Assembly: GCA_040954595.2 (NCBI GenBank)
Contig: CM082580.2
Span: 12,228,909-12,292,908, forward strand
Source of the DNA: Balanoglossus misakiensis
Taxonomy: Eukaryota > Animalia > Hemichordata
Length of the DNA stretch: 64,000 bases
Direction: 5' to 3'
Under the pieces are notes generated by a model. That model had not been told where the DNA came from and did no database searches. It saw nothing but the letters and a program-made list of their open reading frames with translations. The first letter of the stretch is position 1. Each line of letters starts with the position of its first letter. Of the stretch, positions 1 through 14,000 are shown piece by piece. The position numbers were made by a program, and so were the translations under genes.

Positions 1-65
1 ATTGGTCAACAGAAGTAATCACCATTTAAAATATCTACAATAAAACACTTTGAAGGAAAACGTAC

Positions 66-3000
66 AGCGTTGAGCGTTTCCTCAAGGGAATCCACCGTTT
101 CTATCTTGTCTGTTTTCTTGGAACCTTGATAACCACGCCGCCAACCTTGTTGCGACGTGCGGTCTTTGTTCAGTTGGCCGGATTTAACGGTGCTTGTGTT
201 CACATCATGCGGGTTTTCTAGTAGCGATAATATCTGCAAAGGAAAGAAAAGGATTTCATTCCAGTTTATTCCAACAATTGCCAGAAAAAAAGTATCACCA
301 TTCAAGCTGAGTGTGAAGAAGCATTCTCGCGCACAGCCTGAGCTCTAACTGTCGCGGTAAAGAGGTAAGTGGTTTACGACGATGGCAAAGAACACGAAGT
401 CGTAAATGAAGAGCCCCTGCCGGGAATTTACGGTAATGGACCGTATGATAACGCTGCTACAATGAACATATGGTGATCGCGAAGTTAACAGTAATTTGTG
501 TGTATAGTTAGGTAGTGAAAGTGTTGCTACCGCCATCATTCATTCAGCAGTCAATAGTAATGATTCTCTAAGGAAGCAGCCAAATGGTCTGTCTGTAGAC
601 TATAACATCGGCATAAAGTCCCGGAAAGTTACGGTAAATTGGCCATGTACAACTTTGACATGAAAGAATGGAAATTGCGAGAAGTAGCTCTGGAAATGCG
701 AGCAAAATGTGTAAATTTATGTAAAGTACGCGTTGCAGGGTGGCAAAATCACGCCTACCTTTGGTCCGAATGCCAAGCAGAGAACCAAAGTATTGGCCAA
801 AAATATGCCGGTTCCGGTGATGGCGTATACCAAGGTGGGTTGGTTCGTCAGGAAGTATTGCACCAAAGGGATGAAGACACATACCAGGGCTACAACGTAT
901 ACCGAGAGGGCGATCTGTCGACCTGAGCAGAGGAAAAAGAACGACTGGCAAAATGACTCATGATTTCAGGATGATTTGAAATACTTATTGATTTATTTAG
1001 ACCTCTATACAGTAAGAGCAAGGTTGCCTTGTATATACTTGGCAGATGCCATACTGGAAACACGCTTACTTACTTTCATTGAGTGCAGCAACCTGCACAG
1101 AGCGAATCGCCCAAGCCAAGAACACTCCCAGGAAAAGCATAACAGCTTTGCAGACATAGAGACTAATGGTCCAGTATTGGGTGTACACTGAATAGCATTG
1201 GTGTGACTGATAGATGTACAGAAAGTCGTGTCCGTTCTCATCAGTAACTGCCTGTAGGGAATAAATTTAGTGTTAGTGGACACTGTATTTCCTGGCCATA
1301 AGAGCTGCAGCAGCCATTTGTTTCTTGACAGACACTGCTAATATTTGTGTGTGTTTTTAGTTTCTATCCATATATCGTCAGACAATCTTACCCGAGTTTG
1401 TAAGGCAGTCACTGTGCCTGACATCGGATCGATGACAATCCACCCAACGGAAATAATGATATCCATGATAACCATGACAACGACGCCGAGTATGAGCCTT
1501 GAATCACCAACACGCTGTAAGAGTATACTGTGTATAAAATCTCAGTCTATATGACACTGACACAAGTGTCAGTATAGAATGATATCAACTTCACGTGTCG
1601 ACAATCACAGGAAGTTAGATTTGAGTTGAATTTGGAGAGAAGCGTAATACGACTCCAACAATATCTATGTATGTCACAGCAAAACATGTCAAGTGTGTCA
1701 CAGTAGAGTATTTCAATGCCAATGAAAGTTATCATTTACTTACGATGTCGCCAAACTTTTCCACAGCAATCTTAAATATGGCGTAGACCCTGTATGTCTT
1801 CATAAAAAGCGCACCAAATGCAAGCGATAAACCAACTGATAAAAGTATCGGGCGAGTCTGAAAATGGTTACAGAATGGCACATCAACTGGTTATAGAATA
1901 CATGATGGCCACGAAGAATAGTACAAACATTGATTTTACTCAGTAAATACAGGGCAAGATACGCATTGCAATAGCAAAAAGGCTTTGGGTGTGGGATAAA
2001 ACAAACATATTATTTCTTAATGACATACAGTCTTGGTGCACAGTGCTGACGGGTTAGCATGATTTTACCTATCCTGCAGGGAGAAAAAATATAATACCCT
2101 AAAATAAGCAATTTTATATATATGATAATATACCAGCACTCGAACATCTCGTTATACACTTGGCAATCACAACCAGCAGGTTCTAATTATAGAGATCTCC
2201 CCTTCGCGGCATAATGTGTTGTAAGGGTAATCAACAATACATATAGCAGGAAAACATAGTCAAATAGGTTGCTTACGTGGCACTGAATGGAAAACTGTAG
2301 TGGAGTCATGTTTGTAGTATCCATTCCGTAGAGGATTACTATTATGTACAGTAGTACACATCCAACGAGAATAAAGTTGTTTAGAAATGGGCTTGAAATC
2401 TTGATAACTCTGTAATTAAATTAGATCATCATCATCACCATCGTCATCGTCACCACAATCATCATCATCAAAGTACAACAAATGTTTGTAAAATAATATC
2501 CACCTAGAAATGACACATTCCAGTCACAGTTCACCTTAAATTACATGACCAGAAAGAAACCTACTTCAGCTTTCTGAACTTGATGTTCAGAACCAGGCAG
2601 ACCACGGCAAATAGGATGCCAAAACATGCCAAGGTGTACATGACAATACGGGTGATGGACGAAGGAAGGACTGTAGCGTAGACCTTCTGCACGCCATCCG
2701 TTGGCGGGAACTTTCCTGAGATTCATAGATAGAAAAAGCGTGTTTGTTTTGTCAGAATACCGGTAGGTGATGTGTTTATTTCAGACTATATCGGACATCA
2801 TAATGTAAACTGCTCTCAGATTGATTTTATGGTGCCTGTACAGCTGGGGATAAGACTCCGGGCACACTAAACTTTGTTGAAGAGATGATAAATACAGTAA
2901 TATATATTTACCATGCCAGCGAATCGAATTATCGCTGCTCCAGCTGAAAGCATCATTGCTGACGTCATACATACCAACTTGTACCTTCTTGTCCTCTGTG

Positions 3001-6000
3001 AAGGTATCGAAAGCGAGTGTTGAGGCACAAGGCGACATTTGACAAGAAAATTCTGAATGAAAACGTTATTTTTTAAATTAATGCTCAAACTAGCGTTGTG
3101 TTATGGAATGGAGCACTGGCTGATTCATAGTAAGATCATACTTGTAAACCATGGCTGAGGCTAAGCGATATGTACTCCTTTGCATGGCTGATGTGAAACC
3201 ACAAAAATTAAACGTATCCCACGCCTTTCTTGAATACTGTACCTTGCATCTGCTCTATCATCAGTTCAGACACCCTGTCACCGGTGGTCGTGAATTCTAT
3301 CTTACCCTAACGAGAAAATGCATGAAAGACATCTTATTGGTGAAACAATATTCTGTAACTGTTCCACAAAAATTAATGTAGAGGTTGGGAGGATGAGTGG
3401 TAGCGGTTGAAAAGAAACAGAGGTCTTCTTTAGAGAGGTTTGAAGATTCATAAACTAACTGCGATATGCGCCAATGGAGCTGGAAGATGCTGAAGAAATG
3501 GATAAAGGATGGAGTTATCATGACGCTTGGCCTACAACTACTAGGGTTTATGTATTGTTGTATTTATCAATTAAAATTGTTCACGATAACAATGCTTGGG
3601 GGATGTGGCATCAATAATCCTTGCACATGCATGTAATCCCCTATATAATGAATGCTAGCAACAAAATAGTCTTGTAATGAACCTAATCTCGAGTCAAGCT
3701 CTAGGCGCAGAATTAGAGAGAGAACAGCCACGCGATGGATGTAAGAGAGAAAGTTGTACAAGAGTGAAACAGAGTTATAAAGTGGGGGGAAAATGAAGGG
3801 AATGTTGCAGATCGGTGGGAGTAAAGGGATATTTCCCTCAAATGTTTGCGATGAAGAAAGAAGTGTATAGGGAATGCCATCTTCTGCATATTTGAGTGGA
3901 CTTGAAAACGCTACAAACACTTGTTTATTTGGTCTACTTACAGTGACACCATGAACCTCCAAGCCTTGCATTGAATCTCGTATATACTTTGCCATTTCAG
4001 CGTTCTGGTAGGTGAAATCTGTAAGGCGGCGAGGGGGGTCCAGTTGTGATAATATGTTCTCCGATTTATTCAGAGCGAGTGCCATGCAAATTACTGTGTC
4101 ATAACCAAACCCAGCAAAATAGTAATTGGACCGCATGTAGTTATACACATCAAAATCTTGTTGTCTTGGTTTCTGACAAAAAAAAAAAAAAAAAAACAGA
4201 AATTGGTGTCTTGTTATATACAGGATATTTGTATATTTTATGTATAAATCACTCGATGTGGTTAAAACACCCTCAAATAATTGCAAACACGATTTTTAAG
4301 AAAGTAAAACTAAAGTATAATGTGTTTACAATTTTCAGTTGTTGACAAAATGTATGCATGTACCTACCCTATATTAATACGTGACATTCTACAATGCAGA
4401 AACATTTTACGTGACACCACGTGAGCCACGAAATCGAATATCTTTCCCTTGTTGGCAAAGTTTGTTATTTTGCTTCAGGACTGAACAAGACAACATTTGT
4501 GATTTATTATGAAAATCATTAGCCTAGGGTTAACAAGGCGGTATGAGCCAGACATATAAATCGTTGGTTTATCGAGAGCTACATGTACTAGCACTGGAAA
4601 AGCCAACGTTTTCTTAATTCTATTTTGTAGACCCCATCTAATGAGTGAAAGACAGCCTGTCTGGTCTGTTATGAAAGCAAATGTATTGGCAAATTATCGC
4701 TTTGAATCTTCTGTAATGGGTGCGTGGATATTCTTATGCAATAAGCCTGCGTTTTATGCGCGTCATTTTCAAAGAAGCTGTTTCACCCTCCAGCTATTGC
4801 AATTGCCTTTCATGGTGAGATCACTCCCCATCTGTCTAGTGCTTTGTAACAATCACGTTTCTAACTCACCACTCCATTGAAATTAACCTCATTGAAGTCC
4901 GGGGTGTACGATAAAACTTTAATGCTCAGGTATCCATTGATGGCAGATATCATTTCTTCGTTGCTGCACGTTATGTCATTATCGCCAACACGTTCGAGAT
5001 GCCAGCCACTGTTTAACCAGCCCAGCAAGATCCAGACATATTTCTCTCCATACAAGTTTGTTCTGTACGCCTGTGAAAAGTTTGTGACACGGGCTTTCCA
5101 AGTCTTATATGTAATAGTTTGGTTTACTAAACTTTCGCAGACTGATAGACAGCTGTCATTGCCGTTATGTTGTCGAAGTGGTAACTCTCATGCAGAAGCA
5201 ATAGTAATAAAAAATCTAGATGTTCAGTCACTCTAGTCGTGAACCAAAAAACAATCAGGCTTAACTAGCCCCATGAATGCATCATTTTATAACTGGTTTA
5301 GAACATAATGACGTATTATATAGCAAAACCGTAATACTGGTATGTCGTGTCACAGGTGATACACAGAGACACATATAGTATACCATACACATACACACCC
5401 ACTCTTACAATACAGCTATCCTACTAGTTTCATTTTTACCTCACACATGATTTGTCTCGTCACACCCGGATACGCCAAAACGATGATTATCCTTGCGTCG
5501 TGGTTCTGAAAGTCAATATACGTATCGAACTTCGTTATTTACAACTTGCATCACAACATATTTCCACGTACTGTTCGAAATTTGTTGTGTTACCCTATCT
5601 TGTATTGTGACAACTAACTTTCGTCTGAACTGCTTATGTGCGAGTTGTCTGTTTGTAAACCACACTATCAGATTGTTCCCAATGTCCTGGCAGGGAGGGT
5701 CTGTCAACCAATACAAGTTATATAGGAAACAAAAAAGTTTTGACGCATTGATTTCCATGGTGTGCATTGATTCAGCTAAACTTTGCTCTAAATTTGACTT
5801 GCCAGCAACTGTGTCATATAGGACCCACACACGCAGCCGCAGACGGGAACGACACCCACCCTTTTACTGTTGATAATATTTAATAGAAATGACCGACACA
5901 GATTAATGCTAACTCCACATGGTGCAAAATAATACACATGTCAATTCTGTACACTATTATTTTCCCCACTCACATGCCAAAATCCTTGCTTCAGCAAGGC

Positions 6001-8768
6001 CAAGTAGGCTGGCTACCCGCAATGTGCAGTAAGCGCTGTTAATTGGAAACACTGTTTTCGCTCAGTGAGATATGAATTGCAGTTTCATGCCCATATTAAT
6101 AACACAACTTCCTGAGTTACGCTGAGAGCTAAATGCAGAGTCGGCCGTGCATGAAAGGTAATATCATAGCTGATGTTACACATGTATTTTAACATTCTCT
6201 GGAACCACTCGCGCTCTCAAAATACGGAGACATTCACACATCATCAAACTCATATACTCGAACCAATATACGCTCCATTTAACTATGTCGTGGCTTGGAT
6301 AATTTGAAAAAGTTTATCATTCAATCGTGACAGTGTATTTGTGGCAATGTTATTATATTGATTTGTACAGGGATTGTTAACAATTAGACAAACGGAATTA
6401 AACTCAAAACAGCAAATAAAACAAGTACAATCCTCGGTTTACCTTCAAACTCCGCATCTGATTAGTAGGCTCAAATCCGTGCTGCACGTGTTCCACTGTT
6501 AAAACATTGTACCCGCCGCGATCTTCGAGAAGCGACACAAGACCCTTCATGAGCTGTGTCAAAGAAAAATGAAAACAATCAACATTAAGGATATACGTTC
6601 CCTGCAGCAGTATCGAAATTGTCTCACATGATAAAATTGCACTGTAAATTGCTTTTTTTTCAATTTGCACAGATAAATCAGCAGAAAGAAAAACTCAACG
6701 ATTCTGCTGCAATGAAATAAATAGAGAACGATTGAGTCTTAGGATATACACCTGGGACCCATATGCTGAGCAAAGGTTTTCGCAAAACAGAAACCAGCAT
6801 TTACTACTATCACATAAAATCGATACTTCTTGTCACGGCATTTCAGGTGGGAGTGCAACTTGGGTCCACTTGTATATCACAACACTGTCCGTATCGTCAA
6901 CCTTCACAGCTGTGTCCGAGAAGAAAGTGCTTCTCGGGTGTCAAAACTGCCGTGGTAAGCGATGTCGACGGCGATGATTAAATGTCAGTGATTTTATTAA
7001 TCTTATGAGCAGGTGCACAAGATGCTCCCTCATGCTAATTAGACTCTCTGCAGTGCATTTCAACTATCACATTACTGCAAGAGCATAAAATATATATATA
7101 GATCACATTCCACCTTTCATCCCGCAAAACTAGAACAGTAAAAAAAAACTCACCAGGGAAAATATTTCATCATGTTCGAAAAATATTGCCACTTTCTTCC
7201 ATCCAAAATTACGCAACAGTGCTTCCCAGCCCGGTACCAAAATAGTGTCGCTTGGATACAGGCGCAGAAACAGGGGGTACCGCTCTTGGTCAGCAAACCC
7301 GGGCGATGACGCTGTTCCAGAGATCTGTGAAAAAGAGACGAAGAGATAAATTCTAATTATCAGTACTTCTGCATGGCATCTGTCTTTCCTTCATAAGTCA
7401 AATCAACACTTAAACTATTTTGCAAAGTTTTCGGTGCAGTTATCATTATTTGATACTTGTCTACGGATGCAACAAAACTTTAAGAAACTTCTGAAACTTA
7501 CCTGGACTAGGTTGTATTGAGACGCCACTTCACATACAGGCTGTGCAACCATGGAGATCGACGAAACAACCAGCATTATAAGTTGGGGTTGGTCGTAGAT
7601 GTAACCATACAGTATGTGGAGAGCGTCGGCTGTCATTTTCTCCTAATACAAAAAGAAAACAATGAGAAGCACACTCTCATTCACCCTGCAGTCTCTTTAC
7701 ATAGCCGGCACTTCTTTTATTCTATATCAGTTACAATTTATTGAATCTTTCTTTCATCCGAAAAATTCTCTGAATCGTTTATTGTAAAACTTAAGGTGTA
7801 GCTGATGCAGTATTCGGATCGTTCTTTGTAAGCGTTATCATTGTGCTAATTTATAAAATATAATACCGTAGGTCCATGAATTTACCAGCCACACAAACAG
7901 TATACCGAGGCAGTAATGTTTTTTCTATCATTTCATGAAGCTAAATTTTGCTAAAACTAAACATGGCCACAGCGCGAATTTATGCGGCCACTGAATTTAA
8001 TACCTTTAAATCGAGCTTTTGTGTAAAATGAAAACCTACAGTCGTAGCAAACAGGTTCATCGTTCCCACACCCTCAATGATCACGATTCCCTCATTATAT
8101 CAAGTGGAGGGTTCTCAATTTCAAGACGAACCCATACAATCCTCAGTTCTGTACTGGATGCATCTATAGGGCGCAACACAGTAATCATGAAACACAAGAC
8201 GACATTATACTTTTGTTTGAACTGCTAAAAACACCGACCACATTCAGCTAAACTGCTTTGCCTTTGGTGATTCTCCGTTAATCTGCGGAAATGGGAAGGG
8301 AGGGGGGAATAGATGACGCATTTTTAGAGTACCGTATATCTAGATAAAGGAAATGCGTTTTAATTCAAAATAAAACTTGAAGCAGGATATTTCGATGCAT
8401 GAATAGCTGGTCTATTCACTACCTTTACGCTTTTGCTCACTCTTATTTGTTGTGCAAGTGAGTAAAACGAAAAAAAAAACTCACGAAGGCTAGGTTCTAG
8501 ATTAGATCAAAGTTAAAAGACGTACCAGGTTTACATCTGTAAAGTTTTCAATCATCAGTAACTCGTAATCAGGCAGGATAATCGGATTGGCGTTGACAAA
8601 CTCCAACGCGTGCTTCGGCCCGTACACCATTTGCCTGTTCATATTTTCCAGGGCCATAGTTTGGAACATTCCGCCAACATACAACGGTGTCTTGTTCGCG
8701 CCATTACGGCCAGTGAGACAACCCCACGCGAAAAGAAACGCGAGCACTTTCACTTTGCTTCGGTGCAT
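66..8768 (-). CDS. GABA-B receptor-like class C GPCR, paralog 1 (16 coding exons in window; last exon lies beyond the window start)
   Basis: GT-AG exons with consistent phase: 8526-8768, 7502-7642, 7154-7324, 6443-6553, 5440-5505, 4870-5070, 3942-4172, 3243-3306, 2912-2995, 2565-2715, 2277-2409, 1744-1857, 1392-1514, 1074-1251, 759-922, 66-233 (781 codons). Signal peptide MHRSKVKVLAFLFAWG. Venus-flytrap motifs: LYVGGMF, ALEFVNANPIILPDYEL, SSPGFADQERYPLFLRLYPS, FGWKKVA, DARIII, LYGEKYVWILLGW, GYDTVICMALALN. No cysteine-rich domain. 7TM motifs: VIKISSPFLNNFILVG, AFGALFMKTYRVYAIF, GVFLAWAIRSVQVAALNESRQIALSVY, AFGPK. This is the GABA-B architecture. Confidence 0.9.
2426..2470. repeat. (CAT)n-like trinucleotide microsatellite just upstream of an acceptor in GPCR paralog 1
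   Basis: tcatcatcatcaccatcgtcatcgtcaccacaatcatcatcatca. Confidence 0.7.
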
Positions 8769-9147
8769 CGTTGTTCCTCGACTGTCACAAGTATACGCGG
8801 CAAAAAAATTAAATATGCGGTTGAAGAGTCCGAATCGACTTATGTTCTGCAGACGAGCCGGTCGTCTGATTGGCGGATAAAATTATACGGAGAAACTCAC
8901 AGACAAAAGACACGCACACGACCAATCTGTTTAGCCTTAGGAAATTAATTTGTTAGAGTACCACTATACTAAGTATGTTCAAGAATTCTTAGGGCAACAA
9001 TCGCACTCGATCAAATATACGCTATACTTGCAACAGCAAAAAGTCATTTCTCTCTATGCACATTTCAACACTCTCTACATATACGCACTTCAACACTATA
9101 TTGCAGACCATTTCAATATACATACGTAGAAGGTGATCTGTACGATA

Positions 9148-9193
9148 ATCTATCTACCTGTCTGTCTATCTATCTATCTAACTATCTATCTAT
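9148..9193. repeat. (TATC/TGTC)n microsatellite
   Basis: atctatctacctgtctgtctatctatctatctaactatctatcta. Confidence 0.75.
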
Positions 9194-11062
9194 TGATCGA
9201 TCAGTATGCAGCATGATCCTTAATGTATATTGCAAAGTGTTAACAAAAGTTTACAATAGGCAAACTATGAATAATTAGAGGGGAATTATTTAACCAAATT
9301 TTAATGAGTGCTGAACTGTACACGTTGAGTCACATGAACAAACCGGCTAGAGTTTCATATTGTCACGAAAGAGGATACAGTACTGGCTACATGCTATGTG
9401 TGCGTCAGCAAATGTATTACATATCATGCAATGACGTCAGTGCCCTAAGGACTGTGTCATAAAGGATTAAATCAACAAGAAAATTCGGTCAAGCCGGGTG
9501 TCAAAGCACCATCAAAACTTTAAGATTTCCCCTAAAATCTAACAAAATTTAGCACTATGATCACTTTGGAATATTTAAGGGGCTGTATTGTGGAAATTAT
9601 TATGATTTGGTTCACAAAGACTGAGAAAATGTACTAGTAGAACCTATTGGCTCTAATTGTATTGCTTTCATTGACATCAATGTAATTGGTCCAATTTCCA
9701 GAGGAGTTACGTGTTTTCACCTGCACTTATGGGAATGATTCAATAGAGCAGAAATATGTGAAAAAGTCTGTGTTTTGTATCTCTAAAGAACAACATTGTA
9801 AAGCACTTTTATTTCTTTTCATACAGCAATATTTCTAAAAATGCAACAAAAATATAACAATTATATCAACATGTTAAATTTAATATTCAGGATGGTACTA
9901 GCACACTGAGCAGGATTTCAATGGGTGGACGTAAGGAGTAGAACATCGTGTCCATGCTTTAAATAATAATAAAATACAGCTCTCCGCGATAGATGACATT
10001 TCTTTTTCTTCGAAATCGTGGATGCATTTGTCGCAAGGTAATCACGTAGTCACGTCAAGAACGCCATAATTCAGCTGCTTGGCGATTGCGAGCGTGATAG
10101 GTAAGTCTTCAGATGCCTTCAAAGCATTTTCACCGCTCCGGGCTTGCATTGCTTCTCTGATCCGGATCTACACATAATATCCCGGCAACAGCAAAAGACG
10201 ATGTTTGGCGAAGTCAGTAGTAATGAATAAAACGCCACCAGCTTAAATACGCAAAAAAACATTCGCAAAAGAGCACAAACATGTCTTTCTAATATGCTTC
10301 CTTCTATCTTCAGTGGGGCATCCAGCAAAACAGGGTTATTTTAAACATATCGAAACAAGCAAATAAGGACAACACAGCTCTAGAAGCCGCAATGTCTTCA
10401 TAGGGCCACCGGTAAAATTAAATGACATGCCATGAAATTGCAAAAAAGTACAAGTGCCTGGGATTACACTATGCCTGCTGTCCTTGGAACAAACCTCCGT
10501 GGATTGTGAGTCGATCTATTTTCAAAACTTCACTCCCACTGCATGAACAAGTTTCAATTAATTCAGGAAAAGTGACTTCAGGATTTTGAAATGTCCCCAG
10601 GCCATTTTCGCACCCGAAATTAAAATGAAATATGCCCTGTCCGTTTAACTTAAGTACTGACAGTTATACAAACTATATTAAAATACAGTTGTCATAGAAA
10701 GTAAGGTACAACGAGAGTGTCTTCAAGACAGCATTCTATAGCAAAAAATAACATTTTCTTATTTCTGTTGAATCTATCAATTCTGTGAGTGAACAGTAAA
10801 TATTTGTAAAGTACATCGATACACACTACTATTGTTATTTAAGTTTACCCAGCAACGAACGAAAGAATATTTATCTATATGTGTCTATAAATGTATATAT
10901 TTTTGTACATATTGTTACATGTATGTAGCGATGTGACCAATATAGCTACATAATTACATATATCGTTCAATTTTTAAAAACATTGCTAACCACACTGTAA
11001 CTGTCCAAGAAATATTTAACGCATATTACTTTTGAAAATTGTTGAACTGCATACCTGTTGGC

Positions 11063-14000
11063 TCATTCTTTCTTGAGATCAATCAGCTCCAAACGAAATC
11101 GGTTGTACGACTTCTTTAGTAGGTCCATTTCCTTGAGTTTCTGAATAGAATTAAAGGAAAATCTAGTTAGAAATTGAGAAAAAGAGCCATCCTCAACGAA
11201 TAAATAATCTGAGAGTGTATGTCCGAATCAAAGGAATTATGTTTTCGAAAAACACATACGCTGATCAAAGTTTCCTTCAGAGAATCCATAGTTGTCTTGT
11301 CGTCAGTGTCGCTTTTCCACGAGCGCCCTCTACGACCAGAACGGACGTTGCTACGACGACTAGATTTGACGGTACTTGTGTTTACATCATGTGGATTTTT
11401 TCGTAGTGCTACAACCTAAAAAATAGATTGATCAGGTTAAACGGAATAGATAGACAGAGATAGATAGGTACAAATGTAGATAGATATCTATAGACAAACA
11501 GGCAGACAGACAGGCATACATATAATATTTCCCCATTTTACTAAACTTACTTTGGGAACGAGAGTCAAGCACAGAACCATAGTGTTTGCTAAAAATATGC
11601 CAGTTCCGGTAATGATGTACACAACGGTGGGTTGGTTCGCCAGAAAGTATTGTGCCAACGGGGTAATGACACACACCAATGCCACAACATAAACGGAGAG
11701 AGCTATCTGTCGGCCTGCCAAAAAGCAAAAACAACAATAAATAGCTCAATTGAATAATCTTAAATGCCGACGGTATTGCTCATGATAAGGATTAGGATGA
11801 GAAGGTTAAAATGAAAACAGTGATGTGCTAAAGCGAACCAACGACAGATGAAAAAACGAAAGCTATATATTTACTTTCATTGAGCACAGTTACTTGTACG
11901 GATCGAATTGCCCAAGCCAGGAACACTCCGAAGAAGAGGAGAATCGCCTTGTAGACAAATAGGCTAATAGTCCAGTATTGGTTGTAGATTGAATAACACT
12001 GGCGTGACTGGTAGATGTAGAGAAAGTCGTGTCCGTTTTCATCGGTAATTGCCTGGGAAGGAAACAATAGCAATGCTTGGATCTCGTTTGTCGGAAAATT
12101 ATAATCATAATTAAAGCTGCAAGCAGCGTTGGCGGGGCACAAGCGGTTCCCATGGTAACAAGCAAATGCCAAGGCTGTATCTGCTGTGGATACCAAGATA
12201 TTGGAAAGTAGGTCAAAGTCACCTGAGGTCACCCCAAATTTGGGCAAAAAAATCGGACCCCATACTAGTCTAGGTCCAACAAAAACCAAACACCTAGCTC
12301 TATTGGTTCGCCTAGAATTAGGTATGCGCATAATTAATGAGGTCTTGTGTAAGACTCCATATCTGCTCCATCGGCCCTCCAAAAGCCAGGACTCTAACTG
12401 CTGTGGATGCTGAGATATGGGAAATTAGATCAAAGGTCATCCAAGGTCACCCAAAATTTGGGCATAAAATTTTGACCCCAGAGTGGGCCATGTCCAACTA
12501 AAACCAGACCTCTAGCCCTATTGGTTAGCCTGGAATTAGATATGCAGAAAAATGATGTTTCAGAAATAGGTCAAGGGTCATTGCCAAAATTACCAAAATA
12601 GTTGTGTCATGTCCTGGCAGCATTGGTACCCATGTCCACAAAATTCATGACTGTGGTGCTTTTACAAGAGGAGGTATGGGGAATATGCATATATAATTAG
12701 TTGTTTTAAAACTGGGTCAAAGGTCATGTCAAAATGGCCCCGAAAAATTGTAACAACTTCCGGTCATATGATGACTCATATCCAAAAAAAGAATTTACGT
12801 GCTGTCAACATTTTGGCTACAAAACAGAATTTTCATTTTTCAATGGTTTTCCGAAAATCCAACATGGCCGCCATAATGATCGACCAATCACAGTGCGCTT
12901 GGCAAACTTGATAGACATAGGTTAGGTGACCACATATCCCAAATCCCGAGACTCGGTAACCGCTGGTTCTGGAGAAGAAGATTTTTTAAGTTTTAAGTAG
13001 TTTTTCAGAAAAAAAATTGTAGCAAAAAAACTTTATGTATGACGTCATGATTTTAATGGGGTAAAATGATGGACAGAAGGTAGGCTACCTGCACACCAAA
13101 TTTGAACTCGATTGGCCCAGTAGTTTTTGAGAAGGAGTCATTTAATGGTTTTCAGAAAATCCAATATGGCCGCCAGGTCACGTGACTAATTAAATATTCA
13201 CGAGCCACTGCACGTCTCCTTATTGGCCCCTATCACCCTACCAAGTTTCAGCCCCCTAGGTGCTGCGGTTTTCCAGATCTACCTGGCCGAATTTCTCGGA
13301 AGAAGAAGAATAATAATAAATATAGCTGCAAGCAGCGATGACGGGCCCAAGCTTAAGCCGAAGGTCAAAGGTCATATGTCGTCACCCAAAAGATGGGCAA
13401 GAAATTTTGACCCCATACTGGTCCAGGTTCAACAAAAATCAAACCTCTAGCCCTATTGGTTAGCCTGGAATAAGGTATGCACATAATTAATGAGTTCAGC
13501 AGGTGTTACAGGTGACTTAATAATTTCACTTTTCATTTTCAACCCATCCCTCCAAACGCCAAGGCTGTACCTGCTCTGGATGCTGAGATATGGTTAAGTA
13601 GGTCATAGGTCACCTGAGGTCACCCAAAATTTGGGCAAAAATTTTTGACCCTATACTGGTCCATGTCCCATAAGAACAAAACCTCTAGCCCTATTAGTTA
13701 TCCCTGAATTAGGTATGCACATAATTAATGAGATAAGCAGGTGTCACAGGTGACCCCCAATTTTGGCTTTTCGATTTTAGTCCCAACCCTCCAAACGCCA
13801 AGTCTGTACCTGCTCTGAATGCAGAGATATAGGAAAGTAGGTCAAAGGTCACCTGAGGTCACCCAAAATTTGGGCAAAATTTTTTGACCCCATACTGGTC
13901 CAGGTTCCACAAGAACAAAACATCTAGCCATATTAGTTAGCCCAAAATTAGGTATGCACATAATTAATGAGTTAAGCAGGTGTTACAGGTGAGCCCAAAA

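Noticed and set aside
3567-4286. 239-aa ORF as a standalone gene
   Set aside because: Only 3942-4172 is a GPCR exon. The rest is intronic read-through, including a poly-T tract.
9880-10660. Possible interspersed repeat between the two GPCR genes
   Set aside because: The composition is suggestive, but no TIR, TSD or second copy could be found in the window.
11828-12382. 184-aa ORF ending NESKYIAF...* as an alternative terminal exon
   Set aside because: The N-terminal part is HINE sequence. The exon is 11875-12052, and its phase-1 donor matches paralog 1 and the next exon (SRQIALSVY).
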